From Camelus dromedarius (taxonomy: Eukaryota), in the NCBI RefSeq assembly GCF_036321535.1, contig NC_087459.1, forward strand, positions 29,512,001 through 29,576,000: 64,000 bases of DNA. Direction: 5' to 3'. The notes under the pieces are model-generated. The model was given only the letters and a program-made list of their open reading frames with translations, was not told the origin of the DNA and did not search any database. Below are positions 12,401-22,100 of this stretch, in pieces. A program made the translations under genes and the position numbers. Position 1 is the first letter of the stretch. The number at the start of each line of letters is the position of its first letter.

Positions 12401-13229
12401 ATTTCAAGTGTGTCTGGAAAGGGGAGCAGAAAACTGCTGGTTTCTTTTAATGTGCTAGACGTCCCATCTGAGTTGAATGGTGGGGGAGGCCAGGGAGCCA
12501 CCATGGCAAGGGGGAGAGTGAAGGGAACTCAGGCAGCTGCCTGGGTGCGAGGAATGACCCAGAGGTGGAGTCCAGAGAAACAGTGAGGGATGGGCTCCCA
12601 GGAATGCGAGTCCTAGGAGGAAACTGGAACTTCAGAGTCTCACAAGGGGTCTACTACGAAGAGGAGGTGGATCCTTCCCTCAGCAAGACTCCTTCAACGG
12701 CCCAGCTTTGATGAAAGCATGAAGAGGGTGCTCCAAGTTGGGGGCTGCAGGGTGGGGAAAGGGGATATCTTAGTACTTTCTTGTAGTTGGGGAGTGCGTG
12801 CGAGTGGGGACAGGATTTCCAATCCAGGATACCCGCCTTCACTCAAGAATTATTTGAACTGCGGGAAGTGGTCCTGCCCTTCTGAAGACTGCTTTAGAAT
12901 AGCCCCCGGGGATCGAAGATCGGGGTAGACGGGCTCCTTAGTCCAAGTAAGGGAAGAAGAAGGGAGAATCCAAGGATCCCCGGGACCGAGGGGGAGAAAC
13001 TCTCGAGCCGAGAAGGAGGGCGTCCCGGAATTAGAGGAGGGAGGTTCCGGGGCCGAGTCGGTCGCGCCCCTCCNNNNNNNNNNNNNNNNNNNNNNNNNNN
13101 NNNNNNNNNNNNNNNNNNNNNNNNNNNNNNNNNNNNNNNNNNNNNNNNNNNNNNNNNNNNNNNNNNNNNNNNNNNNNNNNNNNNNNNNNNNNNNNNNNNN
13201 NNNNNNNNNNNNNNNNNNNNNNNNNNNNN
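390..13229 (-). CDS. CPSF4: CPSF4 (CPSF30), cleavage and polyadenylation specificity factor subunit 4; multi-exon gene span, start codon in N gap 13074-13229
   Basis: Exons join(gap,10563-10613,8690-8842,6436-6531,5942-6035,4848-4920,3167-gap,390-458) translate to CCCH zinc fingers ([33 protein letters not shown]) and a C-terminal zinc knuckle ([15 protein letters not shown]), matching CPSF30; GT-AG boundaries with consistent phases. Confidence 0.97.
3167..3201 (-). CDS. CPSF4: CPSF4 exon 7, visible 3' part (5' part in gap 3202-3381)
   Basis: [11 protein letters not shown]|gtgagt donor at 3166-3161. Confidence 0.93.
3202..3381. other. Assembly gap (180 N)
   Basis: Run of N. Confidence 1.
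4848..4920 (-). CDS. CPSF4: CPSF4 exon 6
   Basis: cag|C CCT CGA...GCA AAG|gtactg = [24 protein letters not shown], 73 nt. Confidence 0.95.
5942..6035 (-). CDS. CPSF4: CPSF4 exon 5
   Basis: [30 protein letters not shown](H), 94 nt, cag/gtgagt boundaries. Confidence 0.96.
6436..6531 (-). CDS. CPSF4: CPSF4 exon 4
   Basis: [31 protein letters not shown](G), 96 nt. Confidence 0.96.
8690..8842 (-). CDS. CPSF4: CPSF4 exon 3
   Basis: [50 protein letters not shown](G), 153 nt. Confidence 0.96.
9585..9720 (+). mobile_element. MER3-like hAT fragment
   Basis: GCAGCCACTAGCCACACGTGGCT..CAGCCACATG..GTGGCTA motif pair. Confidence 0.55.
10563..10613 (-). CDS. CPSF4: CPSF4 exon 2
   Basis: cag|AG TCG GGG GCT...GGC AAA G|gtaaga = (K)[16 protein letters not shown](G), 51 nt; too short for the ORF track. 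Confidence 0.94.
13074..13229. other. Assembly gap (156 N), expected to hold the CPSF4 ATG and exon 1 CDS
   Basis: Run of N; flanked by CPSF4 5'UTR-like GC-rich sequence on one side and intron-like sequence on the other. Confidence 1.
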
Positions 13230-13320
13230 CTCCCGTTCAGGTCCCTTGCCGCCCTCACACCTCTACCCGCCGCCGGCCCGGCCGCACACGGTCCTCCCCC
13301 ACGTCGCCTCGCCTCGCCTG

Positions 13321-13347
13321 GCTGCTGCCGCCGCCGCCGCCGCCGCC
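13321..13347. repeat. (GCT)2(GCC)7 trinucleotide repeat in CPSF4 5'UTR region
   Basis: Read directly from sequence. Confidence 0.9.
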
Positions 13348-13479
13348 CGAGGGATGCCGGGAGCGCCCACAGCCCGCGCCGACCCTTTCCCCTTCCCAGA
13401 CTGGGCCAATCGAACGCAGAGTACGGGCCGCTCCGCTAGGCCCGGCTAGCCGCCTACGGAACGCCCACCTCGCTGTCGC

Positions 13480-13562
13480 GGGCGACCTGAAACCACGTGC
13501 GCCGGGAGTTCGCGTCGCGGGCTGCGCTTGCGCGAGGTCGGCAGAGGCGCGCCTCGGAGTGG
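13480..13562 (+). other. PTCD1: PTCD1 non-coding exon 1 (5' end approximate)
   Basis: Donor TGG|gtaacg at 13563 within the CpG island, upstream of coding exon 2. Confidence 0.55.
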
Positions 13563-14674
13563 GTAACGGGGACCAAGAGCCCCGTGTGCCGCGCGACGGG
13601 GCCGGGACTCGGGGGTGACGCAAGGCGGGGCGGGGACGGCGCGGGCCCGGGGGGTCAGGTGGGGCCGCGTTCTCTGGGTCGGCCTCCTTGAGCGAGTTCC
13701 TGTTTGACCCTCACAGGAGCCCGGGCCCCGGGCGAAGACTGGCCAGAGGGGCGGCGAGGGTCTCAGCCCGAGCCGGAGCCGAGGACGTCCCCTGAGAAAA
13801 GCGGGGCTCTGAAGGTCAGCGTGGAGAAGGGTCGGGTTGTCCTGAGGGTTCCGGGGAGCGTCCTCCCCGAGGGAGGACGGCGGCAGCGTGTCTCTAATTC
13901 AGGGGTTATTAAGCTGGTAGGAACTTGGGGAGGAAGAAATGACACCTTTATTGTCGCTGTGTGAAATTTACCATGTCCTTCCGTGACCGACCAAGTGGCG
14001 ACCGGCCAAGTGGCGTTCACTATGCCCAAGACGAAGTCGTGATTTCAAAGGGGGATGAGTGAAAATGTTGGTTGGAGATAAGAGTATCTGCACCTACTGT
14101 CTTTTACAGTCATCACCACTTTTACGTGACGATTGGACTTTATTTCATGTTTGAAAAAGGAGCATATATATTAATACAACATTTGTTTAAAAAACATTTT
14201 GGCACCTGTTCCAACATCAGTAACTCAAATTCTTTGTCTTTTGATTAACGTGTGTAAACACTTTAAGTGGCTACTTGAATATTTTAAATTGCTCATAATT
14301 GCTTTAAATTGCTCAACATACTCACGCCACATTTCTATTGGAGCCTCACCAGGTGCATAGTGGAAAAGGCCCTCTGCACGAGTGTCACTAGGGAGCTGGC
14401 CCAGAGAGGCCATCTGATACGTTACAGGGACTGGGGTTTAAAGCCAGCCAGTTCCCAGACCTACCTAGCCAGTCTCACCCACTGCACTGTTGCAGGGCCG
14501 CCAGCAAGTCACTCCCCTCCCTGGGCCCCAGTTATTAATCTGTCCCCATCTGTCATCACCCCTGTGGTCTTTCCAACGGTGACCTCCTAGTATAACCAGA
14601 CTTCAAATGTTTTCGTGCTTGTTATTCTGATATTTTATTTAGAGTTTCAAGTATACAGACCAGATTCACTAGCC

Positions 14675-14953
14675 TCGCACTGTGCAATAGAAATATAACG
14701 TGAGCACCTATGTAATTTTAAACTTTTAAGTAGCCACGTGAAATAAAGTTTAAAAATTGCAAAATTAGTATTAAATTTTTTTTTAGCCCAGGATATCTGA
14801 AATACCATTTCAACCCATAAGAAAATTGTGTGTGTTTTACCATCTTTTTTTTTTTTAACAAAGTCTTTGAAATCTGGTGTATAATTTACACTACAGCACA
14901 TTTCCATGTAGACTAGCCACATTTCAGGTACTCTAGCCACATTGGACAGCATG
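14675..14953 (+). mobile_element. MER33-like hAT-Charlie DNA transposon relic
   Basis: CAATAGAAATATAA..AGTCTTTGAAATCTGGTGT..GACTAGCCACATTTC..ATTGGACAGC resembles the MER33 consensus (recognised by eye). Confidence 0.7.
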
Positions 14954-15627
14954 GCTCTAGCCCATTTGTCCACAAATTTTGCAGAAAAGAAGTGCTTAAG
15001 TTAACTTCCCTGTGCAGAGACCCAAAATGCCAACAATTTTTTCTTGATAATAAGTGATAATGGCTACAATTTTTTGAACACCTGTTAAACCCCAGGCATT
15101 GTGCTAAAAACATCTCATTTCATCCTTATAATTTTGTGATAAGGTGGGATTCTCCTCATCTTGCAGCTGAAGAAATCAAGGCCCAGGAAGGTCCAGCAAT
15201 GGGCCCAATTACACAGCTCTGTCCAGGGCTCAAAGTCAGCTCTGCTTTCAGTACCCAGATCTCTTAGGTCATGGCTTGATAACATATTTCAGTAGTCTTA
15301 TGTTTGTTGAGGATTCACTGTGCCAGCACCGAGATTTATCTGGACACTGTATGTCTGAGACCTCATTTACTCATTGCTATGGTGCTGTGTGGGTAATGTT
15401 AGTTAACCCCAGTTTACAGGTGAGGAGACTGAGGCCAGAGCAACGGGTGCCCAGGGACATATAGATGGTTGTTTAGCAGAGCTGAAATCTGAACTGAGGC
15501 TTTCTAACCTTAGGGCTCATGCTTGTATCCACTTCTCAGTCTCCCTTTTGCCCTTGGTGACTGTGAACTCGAGTTGACTCTCATTATTTTGCTGACCTAT
15601 GCCAGGCCCTGGAGGGGAACGCCAGAG

Positions 15628-16101
15628 ATGGACCTCCTGAGACTCACCTGGCTCTTCTCCGGCCCCCGCCCCCTAGCACTGTCCATCCTACAGCACCTTG
15701 ACCCTCTCGGAGCCAGATGGGCAGGAGGCAGGGAGGGTCCCGCCCGGCTGAGGGCCACAGGGCTGATTCGGCCAGTGCCAGCAGCCTTCAGCAGCTCCCT
15801 CTCTCAGCTGTCTCTTGGCCAGGGAAGCCAGAACACAGGCAGCCTCAGCAAGAAACCAAGCCAGCCCAGCCCCACAGCCACCCAGGAGGAAGAGGAGGAG
15901 GAGAGCTTTGGGACTCTCTCCGACAAATACTCCTCCCGGAGAATGTTCCACAAATCGACAGCCCAGTTGTATAACCTACGGCTCAGGGAACAGAGTATTG
16001 AAGATGAGGAAGGGGAGCTGGAGCCAAAGTTGTGGCGGGGCCGGAGAAACACCCCTTACTGGTACTTCCTTCAGTGCAGACGCCTGATCAAGGAAGGAAA
16101 G
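15628..16101 (+). CDS. PTCD1: PTCD1 first coding exon (acceptor at 15604-15605, 22-nt leader)
   Basis: [10 protein letters not shown]...[19 protein letters not shown]|gtaggg, 158 codons. Confidence 0.94.
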
Positions 16102-19100
16102 GTAGGGAGCGTTCGCATTCTGCTGTTCCCAGCTGCTTCTTCTCAGTGCCTCTGTATTTGGTGAGGGGCCATCCCTCCTTCCTGATAATCTCTGAGTGGT
16201 GGGGTGCTCAGGGCTCGTGTCTCCTCTCTGTCTTCCCTCACCCCGGGTCCTGCACCGGGTGACCCGCCTGCCTGCTCGCTCTCAGTGTCCCCCTGCTCCA
16301 TGCTGTCCTCATCCTCCTCTTTCTGCCCCGGCCAAACATGGACTTCCGATCAGTGTAGCGAAATGCCTCCTCACCATCTCCCTTACACGCCTGAAATTTT
16401 TGTTCCCAGCCTTGATTTCCCTACACTTTCTTCATCTCACTAAATGGCAGCCCCATTGTGCCATCAGCCGCGGCCAAGTGCCTCCAGGTCATCCCTAAGT
16501 CTTCTCTGTCTTGCCAGATCGAGCTTCCAAATGTCACCAGTCCTACCTTCTCACAGCCTACCTCTGAACACCCAGGCCTAGCCTCCTCCTCACCCCTGCC
16601 TTAGCGATCACAGCGCTTGTCACTGGGCTGTCTCCCCGAGGCTCTCTCCATCTCTTGCCTCGACATGGGCTCACAGGACAGAGCCGTCTGGCTCCAGCAG
16701 GGAGCTCAGGGCATTACTTCTCTCTCCAGAGCCCCCAGTGCAGTCAGTGACATTGATGGAGTTCACATTCTTAGGTTTGGTAATGATCTTCCATTCATGT
16801 TTAAAAATCTCTTAGAGGTATGTGTTGAAAAATTTGTGAATGAAACGATGGGATGTCTGGAATTTGCTTTAAAAAAGTCAGCTTGGTGGAGAGGTGCAGA
16901 GCATAGACTAGACGAGATTGGCCAAACATTAGCAGTCATTGTAGTTACACTGTTCTCTCTCCTTTTGTGTACCCTTGAGAGTTTCCATAATGAAAGATTG
17001 AGAAATATACAAAAAGACGCTAGAGTCCTCACAATGGCCTGTAAGAACTGCCCCCGTCCCTTACCTCTCTGCCCTCATCTCCCCCTCCTTCACTTACTTA
17101 CTTACTTCCCTGCAGCCACCTCAACCTCCTCCCTGCTCCTCCAGCTCCCGGGCACACTCCTGCTTCAGGGCCTTAGCACATGGCTCCTCCCCTCCCCTCT
17201 TTCCCATCTTTGTTCTCCTGGGCCTTGCCCCTGCCCTCTGGGAGTCCCCTACAGCAGTGGGACCCCAGAGCTCTCATAGGTGGTGGATGTCTGGTGGCCT
17301 TTCCTTCCTGGCCATCACAAAATTCTCTTGCTTCTGAGCTCAGGGACCAAGAGACTGGTGGCAGAGGCCCAGGTTGGGTGTTTGGCTCCCAAGCAGGCTT
17401 GGGTTCAGGGAGGGTCCCTCAGCCTCAGTCTCCCTCCCTCTGCTGAGGGTCTCCGAGGCCATCCTGAGCCCCTTCCCTTGTGTCCTCCTTCCCCCTCATC
17501 TTCCACAGCTGGTTGAGGCCATGGACCTGTTTGAGAGACAGATGCTGAAGGAGGAGCAACTCCAGCCCCTTGAGTGCAACTACACGGTGCTGATCGGGGG
17601 CTGTGGGCGGGCCGGCTACCTGAAGAAGGCCTTCAGGCTCTACAATGACGTGAGCGTGGGGCATGGAGGTGGCAGGGACCAGGCTCCAAAGACCATAGCT
17701 TTGGTTCCAAAGAGGGCTGGGTGCAGATCCTGAACATGTCACCTGCTAGTGCGTTACTCACGGGATGACGGTTTCTTGTTGGTGCTTTTGGGGTGCAGGA
17801 TCAGTTCTCCAAGTCCCTCAGGCTGAGCTGGGGGTTTGGAGGGCCAAGCACGGCCCTGCTCCCAGGCCTGTTCGTCTCGGGGGCAGAGTCCTGTCTAGCT
17901 CCCTCCCAGAGTGGCTATCGTCTGTGCATCTGGCAGATCCCAGAGCCACCTCCTCCTTTTCCCCCATCTCCACAGATGAAGAAGCGGGACCTGGAGCCCT
18001 CAGACGCCACCTATACAGCCCTGTTCAACGTCTGCGCTGAGTCTCCCTGGAAGGACTCAGCTCTGCAGAGCGCCCTGAAGCTACGGCAGCAGCTGCGGGC
18101 CAGAAACTACCAGCTCAACTTGAAAACATACCATGCCCTGCTGAAGGTGGCTGCCATGTGCGCAGACCTCAGAATGTGCCTGGATGTGTTTAAGGTGGGG
18201 ACATCCCTTCCTTCCTCCTCTCTACTCAGAGTGAGCCACGTGGCAGGTGTGAGGCTGTGCTGTCTGTGTTCCTCATGTGGGAAGGTTCGGGGGCCAATGA
18301 GACAGGCTCTAGGCTGCCTCTGGGCTTCGTAGATGAATCCGGTGAGACCCCGTTCTCAGAGGCCTCGGTCTGACAGCCTCCAGCCCAGTGAGGGTGGTGG
18401 GTCATTTGTGCTGTGTGGGACTCTGTGGTGGTGCAGACAGTGGGGAGTGGGCTTCATAGCACTGAAGATGAGTTGGTGCTCACTGAGGGGTCATCCCAAA
18501 GATCCTATAAGGCAAGTCTGTGACCCCACTCCACAGATGAGAAAACTGAGGCCAGGGGGCCTAATGCTTTGCCCACACTCTCATGGCTGACCAGTGGTGA
18601 AGTCAGGACCTGAAGCCAGTTCCGTGCAATTCCAAAGCCTCGTGTGCAGGGGTTAAAAGTGGCTGCTGGGGTGGTGTTTGTAGATGGGCTGTGCAGAAGT
18701 GATGGGAGCGGAGCCAGGATCCAGGAAGAGAGGCCGGGAGGGAGAGGAGGAGGAAATGCAGGCAGCAGCTGGACAGCTCTGCTCGGGAGCTGGGACTGTG
18801 TCGGCCCCACAGCCGGATTCAGGCCCCACCGCTTCAAGATGTGCAGACCTGGGCCAGTCCTGGGGCTGTCGGCCCTAAGCCAGTCCCCTCAGGCCTGGGC
18901 CTGGGCTCTGCTGCAGATTCTCAGTGGGCCTCCTCGTTCCCTCCCCCAGGAAATCGTCCAGAAAGGGCATGTGGTCACTGAGGAGACCTTCAGTTACCTG
19001 CTAATGGGCTGCATCCAGGACAAGGAGACAGGCTTCCGACGTGCTCTGCAGGTCTGTTCCTCCCGGGTCTGCTTCCTGCCTCTCCTGCTGCCCCGCTCTG

Positions 19101-22100
19101 CTCCCCCTGTGCTTGTGTTGGGTGCACATGAGGATCCTGTGTGCATTTCTTGAGCACCTGCTACTGCCCTGTGCTGGGTATTTTATATTTACAAGCTTTT
19201 GGCCTTCCCAGAGCACACTGGTCCCTGCATTTTACAGATGACAGGCAGAGGAGGTGCCGCTGTCCCCCGAGTGAGGGCACAGCCGGCCTGCACTCTCTCA
19301 CGCTGCTGGCTGTGCAGCCAGCCCAGACCCGCTGACCTTACGGTCCCCGAGGGCATGTTCAGCCCATCCCCCACTCAACATCTCTGCAGGACGGACCCAG
19401 AAGTCAGCATTCATGCCTGAGAGATTCTTAGGGACATCAGAGTTGAGGCACAGTGCTCTAATCCCACCTCAGGCCCCCAGAGAGGCAGGGTTAGCAGTGG
19501 TAGTTAGTTAGCTGGTGGTACCCCAGCTGCTTTCCCTGCTCCGAGGTGTTGGGAAAGACCTGGAGCTCGCCTGAAGCTCTAATTTAAGGTGGGGCCCACA
19601 GACCTGCAGCATCAGCCGCACCGGGGCCTCGTGTGTCCATGTTGGCATCTCAGCCAGATCCCCAGGCGGTTGGTCCACACGGAGTTTGAGCCCTAGTGAT
19701 CTCAGACAGCCCTGGGCCAAGTGCCTCCCCTTTGCAGGCTCCTGGTGAGCCGTGGCTGCCAGCCATGCCCTGGCTTCTTGAGAGAGAAAAGCAGACAAGC
19801 TCTAGTTCCCCCTCTCTTTGGCCCAGGTCTGTCCTAGTCAGAGGTGGTCTAGAACACTAATGGCCAGTTTGTGTCACACTTGTTAAGCTGCTTGAGCTAC
19901 GCACCATTAGCCCCATTTTACAGATGAGGAGGCTGAGGCTCACAGAGGTTAAGTAACTGCCTAATGTCTCACAGCCACTAAGCAGCAGGGCTGGGATTTG
20001 AACCAGGGTCTGACTCTAGAGCCTGAATCCCTGCTGCCTCAGGGTAGCATGTGTGTCCCTGATAAACCTCAGTTCTGTCAGCGTGCCCCATGGAGGTGGC
20101 TGCCGAGACCCCTGCCCTCCTCGGGACCCTGTCTGGTGGATCTGTACCCACCCAGGTCCCCCCAGCCCACGCCTCATCTGCACGCTCAGATGCAGTCTCG
20201 GCCTCCCATTGAGCCTACAGACAGAGGAGCCAGTGAGACCATGAGCCTCTTGTGGCATCTTGGGTCACCAGTGTCAGGGTGACCCACACATGATCAGAAG
20301 GGCCCCCTGGGAACACACCAGTGCACTAGATGCCTCTCTAGGGGGTGAAAACGATCTCATCTCGAGAGGAAACGGGGCTGCCTGGGCCCACAGCTTGTGA
20401 GGCGCTCTTCCCGGCTGAGACACCCTCCGCCCGCACCCACTCTGCACCCTCGAGGGAGCCGAGGGCGCCAAATGGGGCAGGGCGCACAGTAGGCACTCGG
20501 GAAGTGTGGCTAAATCCAGTCCTTAAGTCAGCCTGGACTCTTCCAGAGCCCACTCTGGCCGTCCCTTCCTGGGGAGTACAGAGAAGGTGGCAGAGGCCCG
20601 GGGCCAAGCCTGTTCCCTGGTGCAGGGCCCTGGGGAGGCGGGGGGGCTGGAGCTGCGACACCAGTTTTGGGGTGAGCTGGAGAGGAAAGAATGGCACCCC
20701 GTGGAGGCTCCCAGAGCTTCCAGGTTCTTGGGTTCTTAGTTGCCCAGAGCCTGGTGCTGGGATCGAGGATTGCCAGGTCCTTCCCACAGCCCCACGTTGG
20801 CCGGCTGGGTGCTGCCTCCCGGTGCCCGCCCTGCGGAAGGCTCGTCTCTCCCGCCAGGTGTGGAGGCAGATGCTGCATCTGGGGCTTCAGCCCAGCCGGC
20901 ACAGCTACAACCTGCTGTTGGGGGCAGCTCGGGACTGCGGCCTGGGGGACCCGGAGGTGGCCGCGGCCGTGCTTCTGAGGCCCAGGAAGGAGATGGCCCT
21001 GCTGCAGCCCCTGGCAGGCAGGCAGCGGGCAAAGAGGAGAGCCCGGGCCGGGGCGGACAGCAGCACATGGGCCAGGCTGCTCGTGGAGGCCCTGGAGAGG
21101 CAGCTGTTTTGGGAACCTTCTCAGGCACTTGAGGGGTCTCCGGAAATTCAGGAGGCTGGGGCCCCCAGCATGGCCCAACCTAGAGTGGAAACGAAGGCGG
21201 AGCCTGATCACAGGGTGGCCCTCCCCTCTGTGGCCCCAGAACCACCTCCTTGGGGGCTGAAGGCCAACCTCCTGACCATGGGGGCGGTCCCCTCGGCGGT
21301 GGTGTCCTTTGGGACCGTGACCACCCCAGCCAACAGACTGGCCTTGATGGGGGGCCTGGAGGGTTTCCTGGGCAAGATGGCGGAGCACGGGCTTCGGCCC
21401 GACATCAAGACCCTCACGCTGCTGGCTGAGGTGGTGGAGCCCGGGAGCCCCGCAGAGTCCTCACTGCTGAGCGTCCTGGACACGCACCAGGTGGAGGCTG
21501 ACGTGACCTTCTTCAACACGCTGATGAGGAAGAAGAGCAGGCGGGGTGATCTGGAGGGGGCGAAGGTGAGGGGCTCGGGGGCACAGGGCCCTTGGCTGGG
21601 CCCCTGCCCTGCCCGGTGTGTCGTCCATCCCCGCAGTAGGTGCGCAGACTGTCCAGGCCCCCACTCTGGGCCTGGACTGGGGTGGAAAGCTGGGAATGCA
21701 TTGGTGGACCAGCCACACTTCCCGCCCTTCCAGGGGAGCTCCCAGTGGTGGGAGGTAGACACCAAACACGTCCTTACACTGATGAGGGGTGTGGGGCCTG
21801 TGGGGACACGTGGCCTGGGAGGCTGGTGGCCCCCCGGGTTGACATCACGCTCACTCGGAGCTCGATGCTGTTCTGAGAGTGTCACGTCCATTTGTTTCTT
21901 TACTGACCACACCTGGAGGCACTGTGGGCGTGTGGTGGTCCTCATCTCACAGATGGGGACACCAGGGCCCTCATGGGAATTTTGTCCTTTTGTGCATGTT
22001 TCAACGTGATACCCTGTTTGCCAGGAGCACTGACCTGGGCCCTCGTGAGCATTGAGGGTGACAGACACATACAGCTCCTGCCTTCAGGTGCCCCTGGTGT

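Larger units (their letters stand above)
13000..13900. promoter_or_regulatory. CpG island / bidirectional promoter shared by CPSF4 (-) and PTCD1 (+); approximate bounds
   Basis: Very high GC and CpG density; CCAAT 13406-13410, CACGTG E-box 13494-13499, NRF1-like TGCGCTTGCGCG 13523-13534; head-to-head genes on either side. Confidence 0.85.

Noticed and set aside
16617-17279. 220-aa ORF in PTCD1 intron 2
   Set aside because: Overlaps decayed L2/L1 fragments; no coherent protein family.
20528-21388. 286-aa antisense ORF (and 21208-22068)
   Set aside because: Shadow of the GC-rich PTCD1 exon; low-complexity translation, no supporting splice or promoter signals.
20345-22009. 554-aa ORF as a novel gene or long PTCD1 isoform
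   Set aside because: Only 20858-21565 is PTCD1 exon 6; the flanks are GC-rich intron that happens to lack stops and show no recognisable domain.
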